A stretch of DNA of 45,219 nt from Catajapyx aquilonaris (taxonomy: Eukaryota). A program made the position numbers and the translations under genes. Within the stretch, counting starts at the first letter, position 1; each line of letters starts with the position of its first letter. The stretch covers positions 1 to 45,219 of the forward strand of contig KZ538837.1 of the NCBI GenBank assembly GCA_000934665.2, written 5' to 3'. Below are positions 25,245-36,606 of the stretch, piece after piece. The notes under the pieces were generated by a model. That model did not search any database. It was not told the origin of the DNA and saw only the letters and a list, made by a program, of their open reading frames with translations.

Positions 25245-27516
25245 TCAACAGTCCATATCAGTCATCAAGTCCATATCAGCTAAAGTGGAAAGATGAACAG
25301 AGGTCTTCACTGTAATGTTGTACAGTTACATAATAAAATTAAATAAATGTGCGGACACGACATTACACCTACAGTTTCATTTGATTCGACAAGATAATGG
25401 CCATGATATTACGAACTTTAATTGTAAATTCCGTTGTTGATTCACGACGTTTTGTCCGTTTCAAGTCAGTAGTATTCTCTGCCTGAAACAATACAATTGT
25501 TATTTCAGTCAGAGTGCAGATCTCAAAGTATTACGTCGTAATCAGATCTGTGGTTGTGAGTTCATGATTGTACGTATACGGCGATTGCTGACCTTCTGTA
25601 ATCCTCACTTTGACACCCACCACTCTTCATCTCAACCATAATTTCTTTCCTGCATCCGTTCATGGCACACACAGGTGCTGATAAAAATTCTCTCTCCACA
25701 CTACAAAGGACTTCAGTATTTTCTTTGCAAAACTCTTGCGGCACTACATGATTTTATTTATTGCAATCGCGTGAATCTCCTTAGCATAATAACTTACAAC
25801 CCATCGGCCACGTTGGTCATTAAATTATCCCACCTTTTTGTATGAGACTTTCTCAGTTCAGTTGGCCTCGAAGAGTATCGTAAATGACATTTTTATGATG
25901 ATAATAAGTGCGACATCGACTTACGGAGTTATGCAAGTACTTGCTCTGAACTCATCAAGTGAAAAGATTCCACCTGGTTCGGCCTATATATTATTGTGGT
26001 CAACTTTTCTTATCACATGCAGTACTTTCCTTTTCGGGGTTCCTCCGTTCAGGGGTTATTCTAAAGGTGTTGAGACACCCAGGTGCGACGCATTTTCGGG
26101 TAGGAAACTGCCAATCTACGTGGGAATATAACGTTTTCTGTAGTAGGGCGTAGGTATTATTGCATAATCAATAGGGGGTCTCACTGTTAAGCCCTATTAT
26201 TTCACACACATATGCATTATCAGCTGGTTAGAAGATGTTTTATTTATTTTCTCAGCAGCCTCTGGTTTGCCCAGCCTGATTTCTGGCAATCACCTAGAGC
26301 ATAACCTGGCCTTTCATATGACATATCAAGTTTCAAGATCGAAGATGCATCAATTCCTTAAAAACGAGGTCAAATGTCACATTACGCAATTGCATTACAC
26401 GAGCAGAGGTTATGTAATATTTTCATTAACGCGACATTTGATGATTCATCTCATTATGATCTACCCGTAGACATGCTACTTGTCCAAATACGACCAATAG
26501 AAAATAAGTTCATAAAGAAAATGTCCGAAAAATCGCGCCACGTGCTGCCCGATGGTAACAATTTCCGTGACTTAACACGCCGAACAGGTGGAGCTAATAT
26601 AACGCTAAATTTGGCCCGATACCATATCTCTATGAACACTATAACTTTGTCAAATATCTTCAAAATCGGAGGAGGGGGAGGTAAATTCTTATAGCCAAAG
26701 TGATCAAATTGACATGGAATACCCTTGAAGAGAATCGTGAGATTTTATAGTGCAGGAAGTAGTAAATCACAAAATATGCCAAGATAATTTTCCCACACAC
26801 CACAATTCCTTAAGATACTTTTTGCTAAACTATTCCAGCATTACCGGTTTTTATAGCATCATTGTTACGTGCATTTTAAAAATTATGTGGTAGGTCACCT
26901 TGAGCCTCATTTCAACATAGCTAACAATGTAATCCAGCCACAAGAAAATTCGTGTGCCAGCAGTTTTTCGTACGAGACCCTCACAGTGGTTGGCCACTGA
27001 CTGTGACAGTATAGTTGACAGAATTTAAGAAAATCTGATTTCCGCTTGTAACAGTAACTAAGGGTCACATTGTGACATTGTGACATTGTGTAGCAGGTCA
27101 AATTAATGGTTACCTAACATTGATGCATTGAGCTTGGGATTAGAACCGGTTATGTCAGAAGGTAACTGACGCAGACTTGCATAACGATGATTGCAATAGG
27201 ACTGCAACATACAGTCGTCACATACATCCTTGAGGGAAAGATATATCTTCGTTTCCTCTTCAAGTAAGGTAGTATTGTGCACTCTTTGTTCATCTTTAGC
27301 ATTAACTCACTATTGCATTTCAAATAGTCGTATGGTTAAATCCATGTAATTTCTATGGTAAAGTAGCGGCTCTCTTATGAATATTGCGAGTGTCTGATAT
27401 GTCTTCATGCAACAATCAGTCGGAAAACGAAATTGCCGATCATGACTCTTTGTTGTCTGAAACATTAATAATGTTAATCCGTATGTGCCAAGTGTGCTAA
27501 AACTACCAGTTCCAGC

Positions 27517-30500
27517 ATGGAATGTGTATCTTACGCCTTGGTTGTCCGGGACGCCTGCAAAAAATACGGCAGAGGGAAGAATGCGAATGTTGTGCTGAAC
27601 CGGACCAGTCTGGAGGTGAAATCGGGACAGATGTAAGTGTCCCACGTAAGTGTCCAGAGATTGTTCAAATTATTCCTCTGCCCGCCCTCAGATACGCACT
27701 TCTTGGTGCCAGCGGATGTGGCAAGACGACCCTCCTGACCTGCGTCCTGGGCATCCGTAAGCTGGACAGTGGACAGATCCGGATATTGGGACAGCCTCCG
27801 GATGGTGTCCGGGTTGTGGGAGGCAGGGTGGGTTACATGCCCCAGGAGGTGTCCCTCTACATGGAATTCTCAGCCAGGGAGATGATGGCCTTCTTTGGTC
27901 GCCTGCACGGGATGGGACGGCAGGACGTCCGGGACAGGATGGACTTTCTGTCCCGGTTCCTCAAGCTGCCAGATCTGGACCTGCCCATACACGCCCTGAG
28001 TGGGGGTCAGCAGAGGAGGGTGTCCTTCGCAGTGTCCCTCTTCAGACAACCGGAGCTGCTCATCCTGGACGAACCAACAGTCGGAGTGGACGCCATCCTC
28101 AGACAAGCGTACGTCAATGGCCTCTGAAATTAATGTGTTACAACCCACTAACCGTGCCCAATTTCAGGATCTGGAATTACTTGAGAGAGCTGGCATCATC
28201 TGGTAAGATGACAGTGATCTTGACCACTCACTATGTGGAGGAAGCTTCAAAGGCCGATCTGGTAGGGTTCATGCAAGATGGACGCTTTCTGGCGCAGGAC
28301 ACCCCTAGGAACCTGCTTAAAAAGCACGGTGCAACCAGGCTGGAAGACGCCTTCCTGTCACTCTGTCTGAATCAAAATCAGGCATACCCGAATCAACAAT
28401 TTGGTAAGCCGTGATCCTGAGATATTTAGTATTTTGTAAACAACTATGGATGGAATTTTCGTCCCACTGATAGCTACTGCTAACTTAGCAGTATCAGTGT
28501 CGGCCATGGCACTGATAAGTTAGCAGCAACTATCAGTGGGATGAAAATTCCTCCCCATGTTGTTAGGAGGCTGACCTGTCCTACGATCAGGGTACATCTT
28601 GGCCCCTTTCTGAATAATTTCCAGCAGGACATTTAGAAGAGCCAGAAAATGACATTTTAGCATTGGAAACTAATTCGACCAAAGATCCAACCGGAACTTT
28701 TGTCAACCACGTGGGAGCCATATTGTATCGGAACATGCTCTGCGTCCTGCATTACATTGTGTAACTAGTGAAACTCATATTATTTGTCAACCATTCAATT
28801 ATCATATTTTGTACAATTGTGTCACCTCTAGGATCTGGTCTGTTTCGGTGGTGTCGCCCGTGGTGCTAATGGTGTTGTTTTGCATTGTGCTGGGAGGTTC
28901 ATTGAAGGACCTGAAATTGGGAGTGGTGAACCGGGAGTGGCCCACTGACCCCATCTGCGTCCCATTTGACGACTGCTTGATGGTCAACCTCAGCTGTCTG
29001 TTTCTGGCTCACCTGGACCACGATCTAGTCCATTTGGTACAATTCAGGCCACACACTTATCCGCCATTTTGAGTCTCACCGATCCCACAAAATGGCGGAT
29101 TGTTTGCCTCTTTTCAGGTGGCGTTTGAGGATGAAGTGTCTGCAATGGGTGCTGTCCAATCGGGCCAGACTGTGGGCTACCTATCCTTTCAGTCTAACTA
29201 CTCCGACTCATTCGTGGATCGCATTTGGGACATATTTGCCAACGTGGACAACGGGACGCTGGACAACTCGGTTGCCACTCTCCGGATGGACATGACCGGT
29301 ACGAATGCCAGACATTGTCAGATGGCAGATGGTACCGACATAAGAGGCGCAAAACTTCGGTCAGCGCCATTGATTTCCGCGTCTCTCTGTTTGGGGCCGT
29401 TTCCAAAGTTGGCGGCCATTTTGAAGTGGGGGCAACGCCAACGAGGTATAAATAGGGTACAGGCAAAAATAGGGTCCGCCATTTTTGATTCGCTCGTGTT
29501 CTTGCCGTGTAGTTGCCATGGCCGCCAAAACCATCAAAGATGGCGGACCCTATTTTTGCCTGTACCCTATTTATACCTCGTTGGCGTTGCCCACACTTCA
29601 AAATGGCCGCCAGCCTTGGCCTTATGTAGTATATGCTCCCTGGTACCGATAAGTATGTAGTGGAAATCATAATAGTGGTCCTTTTATTTCCGCAGACCTT
29701 CCTCTAGCAGTGACCCTTCAGCGCATGGTGCTTTTGAGGTTTGCCCGCTTCACCAGTGACCTCCTAAGCATGTGTGGATACATCCCCGACATTTTGAATA
29801 TCCCCGTCAAAGTAAGACTCATTTACATGAACACATAGGATTTGAGACATTATTGGCTTGTTCCATTGCAGTTTGGCGAATCTCTAGTAGGCCCGGAGGA
29901 CCCGACTTACCAACACGCTGGACTCCCAGGGATACTGTCAATGTGAGTGTGTTGCAGCAAGTGCGGAGGTCTTTTATACCCGAGTCTGTTATATCCGAAG
30001 TCGACTATAATTTGAAATTCGACACGGTAGCCTACAACATTGACATTGTGAGAAGAGGCTGTAAAATAATATTATGAAGTGACTTAGACGTCTTTCTTGT
30101 TAACAGGATGATTTTTGCGTATCCCATGATGACCGTGTTCTTCTTCGTGATAATGGAGCGAAACGATGGGATGTTGACTCGTACGTGGGTTTCAGGTACG
30201 ATCAATATTAGGCTTACACGTAGCATCCCTCACCTACACAATCTGGTAAAGTGCCATGCGTATTTTCCTAGGCGTGACCGACTGGGGGCTGTTGACAGGC
30301 CTTCTTCTAACCCAGATGGTCTTCCTGGTGGTCCAGTTCGCCCCTGTGATATCCTTGATGTACTGGCACCTCGAGATGGGCTCTTCCCTGGACTCTCTCC
30401 CTTGGTTCCTCCTCCTGGCACTACTGGAAGGCATAAACAGTATAGCCACTGGTGTGCTTCTCTCCATGCTGCTACCCACCATAGCTACCGCTGGATTTCT

Positions 30501-30771
30501 TTCCCTCGTCTTTGGGTTCATCCTGTGGTTCATGAGCGGAACCATCTGGCATCTGGAGACACTCGCCAGTGACACTCTCCTCAGGTTCATCTGTGAGTAC
30601 AGCCCAGTGGCCATCTACGCGGAGGGATTCAGGGACACCTTCATCAGGGGACGGGCCATGGGACACCCTGCTGTCAGGCGGGCCTTCGCCTACGGAACGC
30701 TCTGGACCGCAGCCTCTTCCCTGGCCGCCATCGTCGGGTTCAAGAAACTCAAGTTCAGGTTCATCAAGTGA
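27517..30771 (+). CDS. ABCH: ABC transporter subfamily H half-transporter, copy 2, 10 exons
   Basis: Exons 27517-27632, 27692-28108, 28168-28403, 28625-28760, 28832-29036, 29118-29298, 29696-29811, 29872-29942, 30107-30195, 30272-30771. Same motifs and intron positions as copy 1; frame intact. Confidence 0.92.
28448..28554. repeat. Hairpin/MITE remnant in ABCH copy 2 intron 3
   Basis: GGAATTTTCGTCCCACTGATAGCTACTGCTAACTTA / TAAGTTAGCAGCAACTATCAGTGGGATGAAAATTCC. Confidence 0.7.
29339..29642. mobile_element. Foldback MITE family A, copy 2 (left terminus partly deleted), TSD GTACCGA
   Basis: GTACCGA|CATAAGAGGCGC ... GTAGTATATGCTCCCTG|GTACCGA; lies in ABCH copy 2 intron 6. Confidence 0.88.
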
Positions 30772-30990
30772 TTTTTTAAACTAGCGCAACCGAGTGCGCA
30801 ACGCAGTTCGCGCAAATTGTTTCCAGCACTAAGCTTGAGGGAGTAACAATATGGCCGAATTTTGCGATGTTGCCAAGCCCTAGACCGAACCTTAGATGCC
30901 CCTGAGAAGTAACTGTGGCAACGTTGTCGTCGTCGGAATAATGGACCTGCGCGAGTGTGGATGCGCATGTGGTTGTGCTCGTAAAAATCA
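30769..30990. mobile_element. MITE family B, copy 3, abutting or overlapping the ABCH copy 2 stop codon
   Basis: TGATTTTTTAAACTAGCGCAACCGAGTGCGCA ... TGCGCATGTGGTTGTGCTCGTAAAAATCA. Confidence 0.75.
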
Positions 30991-31207
30991 TATCTTTCCA
31001 GCAGGTGATTATTTTTGTTTCACTGGGGCAACATAATTATATTGGACCCAAATGATAGTTTTTAGAATCGTTGTTAAAATCTACTGTTGCTGTAAAAATG
31101 AACCAAAAATAATTATATCCAGCAACAAATGATTCAACTCCACCATGTTTGTAAATGCGTGTATTTCCAGCGTGTAGACAAAATATTTGCGCAATGCCCG
31201 TTATGTT

Positions 31208-33304
31208 TCATCGACGCATGGCCTTGCTTGTCGACCGGTAACTCCACCAGGTGATGTTCCTGTTCTTGAATGCGAAAATGGCGTCTATGGCGTGGACTAT
31301 GGCCGCGATGACCGCAAGGATCCCGAGCATGTAAGCCCTGAAAGTGTAGTCGTTTCCAGCAGTGTGAACGTGACTGACCAGCTCCAGCACCACACCACCG
31401 CTGGACAAGAACATCACGAATCCAGCCATGCCCATCATACACTCCTGGGGATAGCAATTAATGTTAATCCTTATTATTAATATAATTACTGTCGTTTTGA
31501 GCCTTAATTGGAATGGAATGCATACCAGAGTGGACTTCGGGAGGTCGTCGTCGCAGAGGTGGGTCAGAATGAGGGCCAGGCTGACCATCGGGAAGGCAGC
31601 AAAGGTCACGATGACCAGGTAGACCTTGTCCGACTCGCCCACCACCAGGGGGCTCAGGTCGGGACCTCCAAAACGCCAGAGGAACAAGCAGCTCAGCCCC
31701 AAGCACTGTCGATCAAGAATAATTACAGAGCACTAAACAACAATATTTTATTACATATAGTCTACCTTTATTTAATTTTTTTCGTGCATAATGTTTAATT
31801 CGTCGATGTATTGTGTAAAAGCACAGTTCCTACATGAAGTGACCACTAATTTCCTGGTGTTTGTGACAGTAATTGGACCTTATTGTTACTTATAGGTATA
31901 GCCACGGAGCATATACTCCATAAGAGGCGCAAACTTCGGTCAGCGCCATTGATTTCCGCATCTCTCTGTTTGGGGCCGTTGCCAAGGCTGGCGGTCATTT
32001 TGAAGTGGGGGCAACGCCAACGAGGTATAAATAGGGTACAGGCAAAAATAGGGTCCGCCATCTTTGATGGTTTTGGCGCCCATGGCAACTATACACCGCA
32101 AGAACACGCGCGAATCAAAGATGGCGGACCCTATTTTTGCCTGTACCCTATTTATACCTCGTTGGCGTTGCCCCCACTTCAAAATGGCCGCCAGCCTTGG
32201 CAACACCCCAAACAGAGAGACAAGGAAATGGAATGTTTGCGCCTCTTATTTGCTCCCTGGTATAGCCTACATTGCCACAACGTGGCATCGTTGCAGTGAC
32301 TATCCTGTGTAGTCTTATAGAGAGTTTGGGTGCAGGCGCACCCGGATTATTTCTTTTTGTTTGCACTTGTGGAATTTTACGACAACGTAGGTTTTTCGAG
32401 GGTCCATTGACTGGAGCCGGTTATGCCAACTGGTGGGCCTCCTTGTCCTTTCAGGTCACGTCCGTGCTTGACCTCTCTCCTTATCTGCTCCAGATGAGAC
32501 GGGCACATAGTAGTCGGCTCATACTTTGTTGGGACAGGTGGGATTTCCCAAGGGAGTGGACCATACAAATGGTGCACCGGCGGCGGGATCAAAAAATAAC
32601 AGGACTATTATTTATAAGCAGCAGGAACTGGTTCAGGGTCCGGGACACCCCATACACGGCCAATTAATTGTGACTCACGGGAATTCACTAACTCTTGGCG
32701 GGTATCTTCCCCAGATGCGAGAACACCTGCCAGGAACATCTCAGGTATACTTTTTTACCAATGTAATTAACACACATGACGCACATTTAATGGATTAAAA
32801 TAATTACAACTCACACGACCTAACTGGAACGTCAAACAACTTTTTTTACACAGAATATCGTTTAATTTATAAAAATTTCGCGCCAGTTTCGCAATATTAT
32901 TTTCTGCTTTTTTTGTTATTTTATCCTTTACGTTACATATTAATTTATTAATTTATTTCTCGTTATTATTTTGATGGCTTTATTTATTATATTAGATTAT
33001 ATGATCAGCATGTTTTCTTATACATTTATGTATTAATTTTAAGTATATTAATTTGGCATGTATATTTTGTATTATTTATATAAAAATATATTATTATACC
33101 TGTATGTTATTTACGCAATATGTTTAACGCAATGTCTCGCATTTATTTATTTTATTATACTGTTTTATAATTATTATTTATCGCGTTAATTTTGATATTT
33201 CTCTCTCTAAACATCGAATAGTTAAATATTTTATTTACTTTATTATTTTAATATGTAATTTTAATTTCCATCATCAATTCATTCAATTTCCACCACCATC
33301 ACCC

Positions 33305-33349
<45 letters not shown>

Positions 33350-33777
33350 TTACTACTACTACTTTTGTTGTTGTTTTTAACTGTTCTACTACTTCAAGGG
33401 AATTTCCAAAGCACCTGACATTCAACGAGATTAGAGGTTTACAATATAGCTACAGCATTTTGTCAAAAGGGTGTAATATTTGACATTACTTTTAATGCTG
33501 GCCATTTCAATTTCCAATTTTACGACACATTCATTTTTATCCCCATAGAAAGAACTGAATGTGCTAAACCCCTCCCTCATACCTCGAAACCATGAGAATT
33601 CAACTGCATTTCAGGCACTTACAATCCGAACCATTTAGTAACATATTGTGTTCTCTTCACATCCTGTACCAAAATGATGATGGCGGACAAGAAACGAACC
33701 GGATAAGAAACCTGACTCACCACCTGGAAGATCTTGAGGAATCCCTGCGGCCTGATCAGACTCCCCCAATGAATCAT
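31208..33777 (-). CDS. Four-transmembrane MARVEL-like / Snakeskin-like protein, about 157 aa, 3 exons
   Basis: Exons 33777-33721 (MIHWGSLIRPQGFLKIFQV), 31705-31526 and 31444-31208, joined by phase-0 GT-AG introns. Four hydrophobic segments; GFLK..Q, LWRFGG and MLGILAVIAAIVHAIDA resemble MARVEL/Ssk proteins (recalled, not searched). Confidence 0.8.
31903..32259. mobile_element. Foldback MITE family A, copy 3, TSD GTATAGC
   Basis: GTATAGC|CACGGAGCATATACTCCATAAGAGGCGC ... TGCTCCCTG|GTATAGC. Confidence 0.9.
33305..33363. repeat. (TAC)n microsatellite
   Basis: Directly visible. Confidence 0.95.
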
Positions 33778-34602
33778 TGTCTCCCTCTCGTTTGTTTGTG
33801 TCTCCTGCACTACCAGCTATGACACGACAAGCTTCATCTGGTCGCAACGAGTGTCTGGCTATACACAGAAGGAACATTGTTGCAATGTTCTCACAGGCCC
33901 TTTCTTTTCTTTTTACCAAGCTATTATTATATGGAGAGGCAAAACAAGCACGCCATGGGCTTACATCATGTCCCCGTTCCCATACGTGTATACAAATAGA
34001 CGCGATTGTAATCGCGAAGGGCCACTGCTCCTTTCCTCTCTTCATTTCTCTTCTTTATATATTTGTTATTATGATTCTACCTGTACCCACGGCATCGTTG
34101 CCTAACCTTGATTGTTCTTTTAGAGAAGAAAGTCGAGTGCTGGACATTGGTGTCGTACTGGTGGCGCCACGAGCCGATGGCGGCTATTAGATTTGCTCTG
34201 CTGCCGCCATTGCTCATGGCGCCACCAGTACTACTGCGACATGCAATGATTAATTACATTTTAATCTAAAGATGATGATTTTGAGTTCAATCCGTTCATT
34301 CCCTCGCCAGTGTGGTTTTCCCAGTACACTTATCCCCCCTCAAGAAATAACGGACAAGAAGAAAACGAGACTCGTCTCGGCGTGACCCACCACACCTCCA
34401 GAGTCCTTCGCTTCTATTCGCTGCTCAAGGACAAGCCGGCCAATGGACGGGGGGAGAAAAGAAGGTAAGTACTACTAAGTACTGCACAGTGTACATGGTG
34501 TGTTGGGAGGTGGGATCTATAAGTTTATTTCTTTCGTCTGGAAGAGTATGACGCATACAAAGGAACTATACAGTAGTTAAACAGCAGTTCGATCTCATAT
34601 AT

Positions 34603-34858
34603 ATTTTATAAGTGCAACCGAGTGCGCGCCACAGTTCGCGCAGCTTGCGCGGTTGGCATTATTAATGACAGCTGGGATGCTCTCTGTATGGTGGGTGTAC
34701 TTCGCTGCACTTATTTCCAACGCTACGCTGTGCGAAAACAAAATGGCCGACTATTGCGACGTTGACAAATCTCTCGTACCGGTAACGTTGTTGTCAGAAC
34801 AAGGGCGCTGCGCGAGTGTGGGTGCGCACTCAGTTGTGCTTGTAAAAAAAAATCAGCT
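34603..34858. mobile_element. MITE family B, copy 4
   Basis: GCAACCGAGTGCGCGCCACAGTTCGCGCA ... GCGCGAGTGTGGGTGCGCACTCAGTTGTGCTTGTAAAAAAAAATCAGC|TA. Confidence 0.75.
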
Positions 34859-35182
34859 ATAGTGTCAGTCGTCAAAATAAAAATTCGACAAATTATTTTA
34901 TTTATTTATTATTAATTATTTGTTGTTGTTGAGTTCATGCCGTCACAATTGCTAATGATTTGGACAGGAAGCGTGGTGTCCTTCCAGGAATCAAAAATAA
35001 ACAAATGATAATTCCTGACAAATGCTGGCCCTCTCACCTTGCTGGGTATAAATGGGCCCTTAAACAATCTTCATTAGAACCAATTTGGGCAGGTGGCTGT
35101 GGACAAAGGAAGAAGAGGCGAAGGTCAACCTTGCGGCTTGTAATAAAACCTGGACATAAAGAAGCCAACCAAAAAAGAGGAT

Positions 35183-35276
35183 TGGGGGGGGGGGGGNNNN
35201 NNNNNNNNNNNNNNNNNNNNNNNNNNNNNNNNNNNNNNNNNNNNNNNNNNNNNNNNNNNNNNNNNNGGGGGGGGGG
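35183..35276. other. Assembly gap (N run) inside a poly-G tract; a similar gap in poly-C at ~398-433
   Basis: N runs flanked by homopolymers. Confidence 0.95.
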
Positions 35277-35716
35277 AGGTGTGTGTCGGGGTGGTGCTGA
35301 CCAGAGAGACACCCTGTGGAGTATATGCACCCCTCATTTTATAGCCGGATAGTCCTGGGTTCACTGGAGCAGAACTGCTCCGACCGAGGATCCGGACAGG
35401 TCTTGGCTGGACAACTCCATTCCAGTAAGCACTTTTTAACTATCGCACTTTTCAAATTTTGGTCATACTGCACGTGAAGGTCGTACTTGCCCCCAAAACA
35501 ATATTCTACTCCCAACATGTGGGAACCAACAAAAAGTGGACATACAATATTTTTTATTATCTGAATATTGATGAACAGTAGTACTGCATTGAAGTTACAC
35601 CCCGACTATTTACTTATTTATTGTTCAGGTTTAGTGACTATGGCAACCGGTTGCCATGGAAATAAAACGGTCAAACAAACAAGCCTTTGGTTGATTGGTT
35701 ATTTACGTTACTTAAC

Positions 35717-36069
35717 CAGGGAGCATATACTACATAAGAGGCGCAAGGCGCCTTTGATGTTCGCGTCTCTCTGTTTGGGGCCGTTGCCAAGGCTGGCGGT
35801 CATTTTGAAGTGGGGGCAACGCCAACGAGGTATAAATAGGGTATAGGCAAAAATAGGATCCGCCATCTTTGATGGTTTTGGCGGCCATGGCAACTACACG
35901 GCAAGAACACGCGCGAATCAAAGATGGCGGACCCTATTTTTGCCTGTACCCTATTTATACCTCGTTGGCGTTGCCCCCGCTTCAAAATGGACGCCAGCCT
36001 TGGCAACGCTCCAAACAGAGAGACGCGGAAATCGAATGTTTGCGCCTCTTATGTAGTATATGCTCCCTG
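35717..36069. mobile_element. Foldback MITE family A, copy 4, TSD ACTTAAC
   Basis: ACTTAAC|CAGGGAGCATATACTACATAAGAGGCGCAA ... TTGCGCCTCTTATGTAGTATATGCTCCCTG|ACTTAAC. Confidence 0.92.
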
Positions 36070-36606
36070 ACTTAACGTTATTTACGTATTCGCATGTTAA
36101 TTATTTTCATATTTATAATTTATTTATTTTTATTTATTTCATTAGGGTACATGTGCACTTGACTACTTGAGGGGATGAGGAAATGAGCAGCCAGGAGATA
36201 AACGGGCTAATAATATTATTAGCAACTGCATAACCGATGCTAATTATTTGATGCCATCATAGACATTCAGAAAGGGTTATGATGCACTCGCTGCTTGGAT
36301 TATGTCAGCGAAAGCTGCATTTATTTGCACGAGCTTGTGTCACTCTGTATACAATATACACAGTATAATTATACAAAATGGAAGCCGATATGCAATTTCT
36401 GAGTTGCAAATTGCATAAAATGTTTCCATTGGCATTTGGCAAAAAAGTGCAAAATTTGGAGAATTTGGAGAATTGATGTACCTACTGATATTATTATTGT
36501 TGTTATGTTTATTATTTGGAAATATTGGCTATCTTTCATGCCCGTTCATGCCTTTTCCGTCACACTGACATACTATGCTGTACGCTAATTATATGACTAC
36601 TTCAGG

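Noticed and set aside
32272..32798. ORFs inside intron 1 of the MARVEL-like gene (possible nested gene)
   Set aside because: Stops in the plausible frames, no motif or clear splice structure; probably a decayed repeat.
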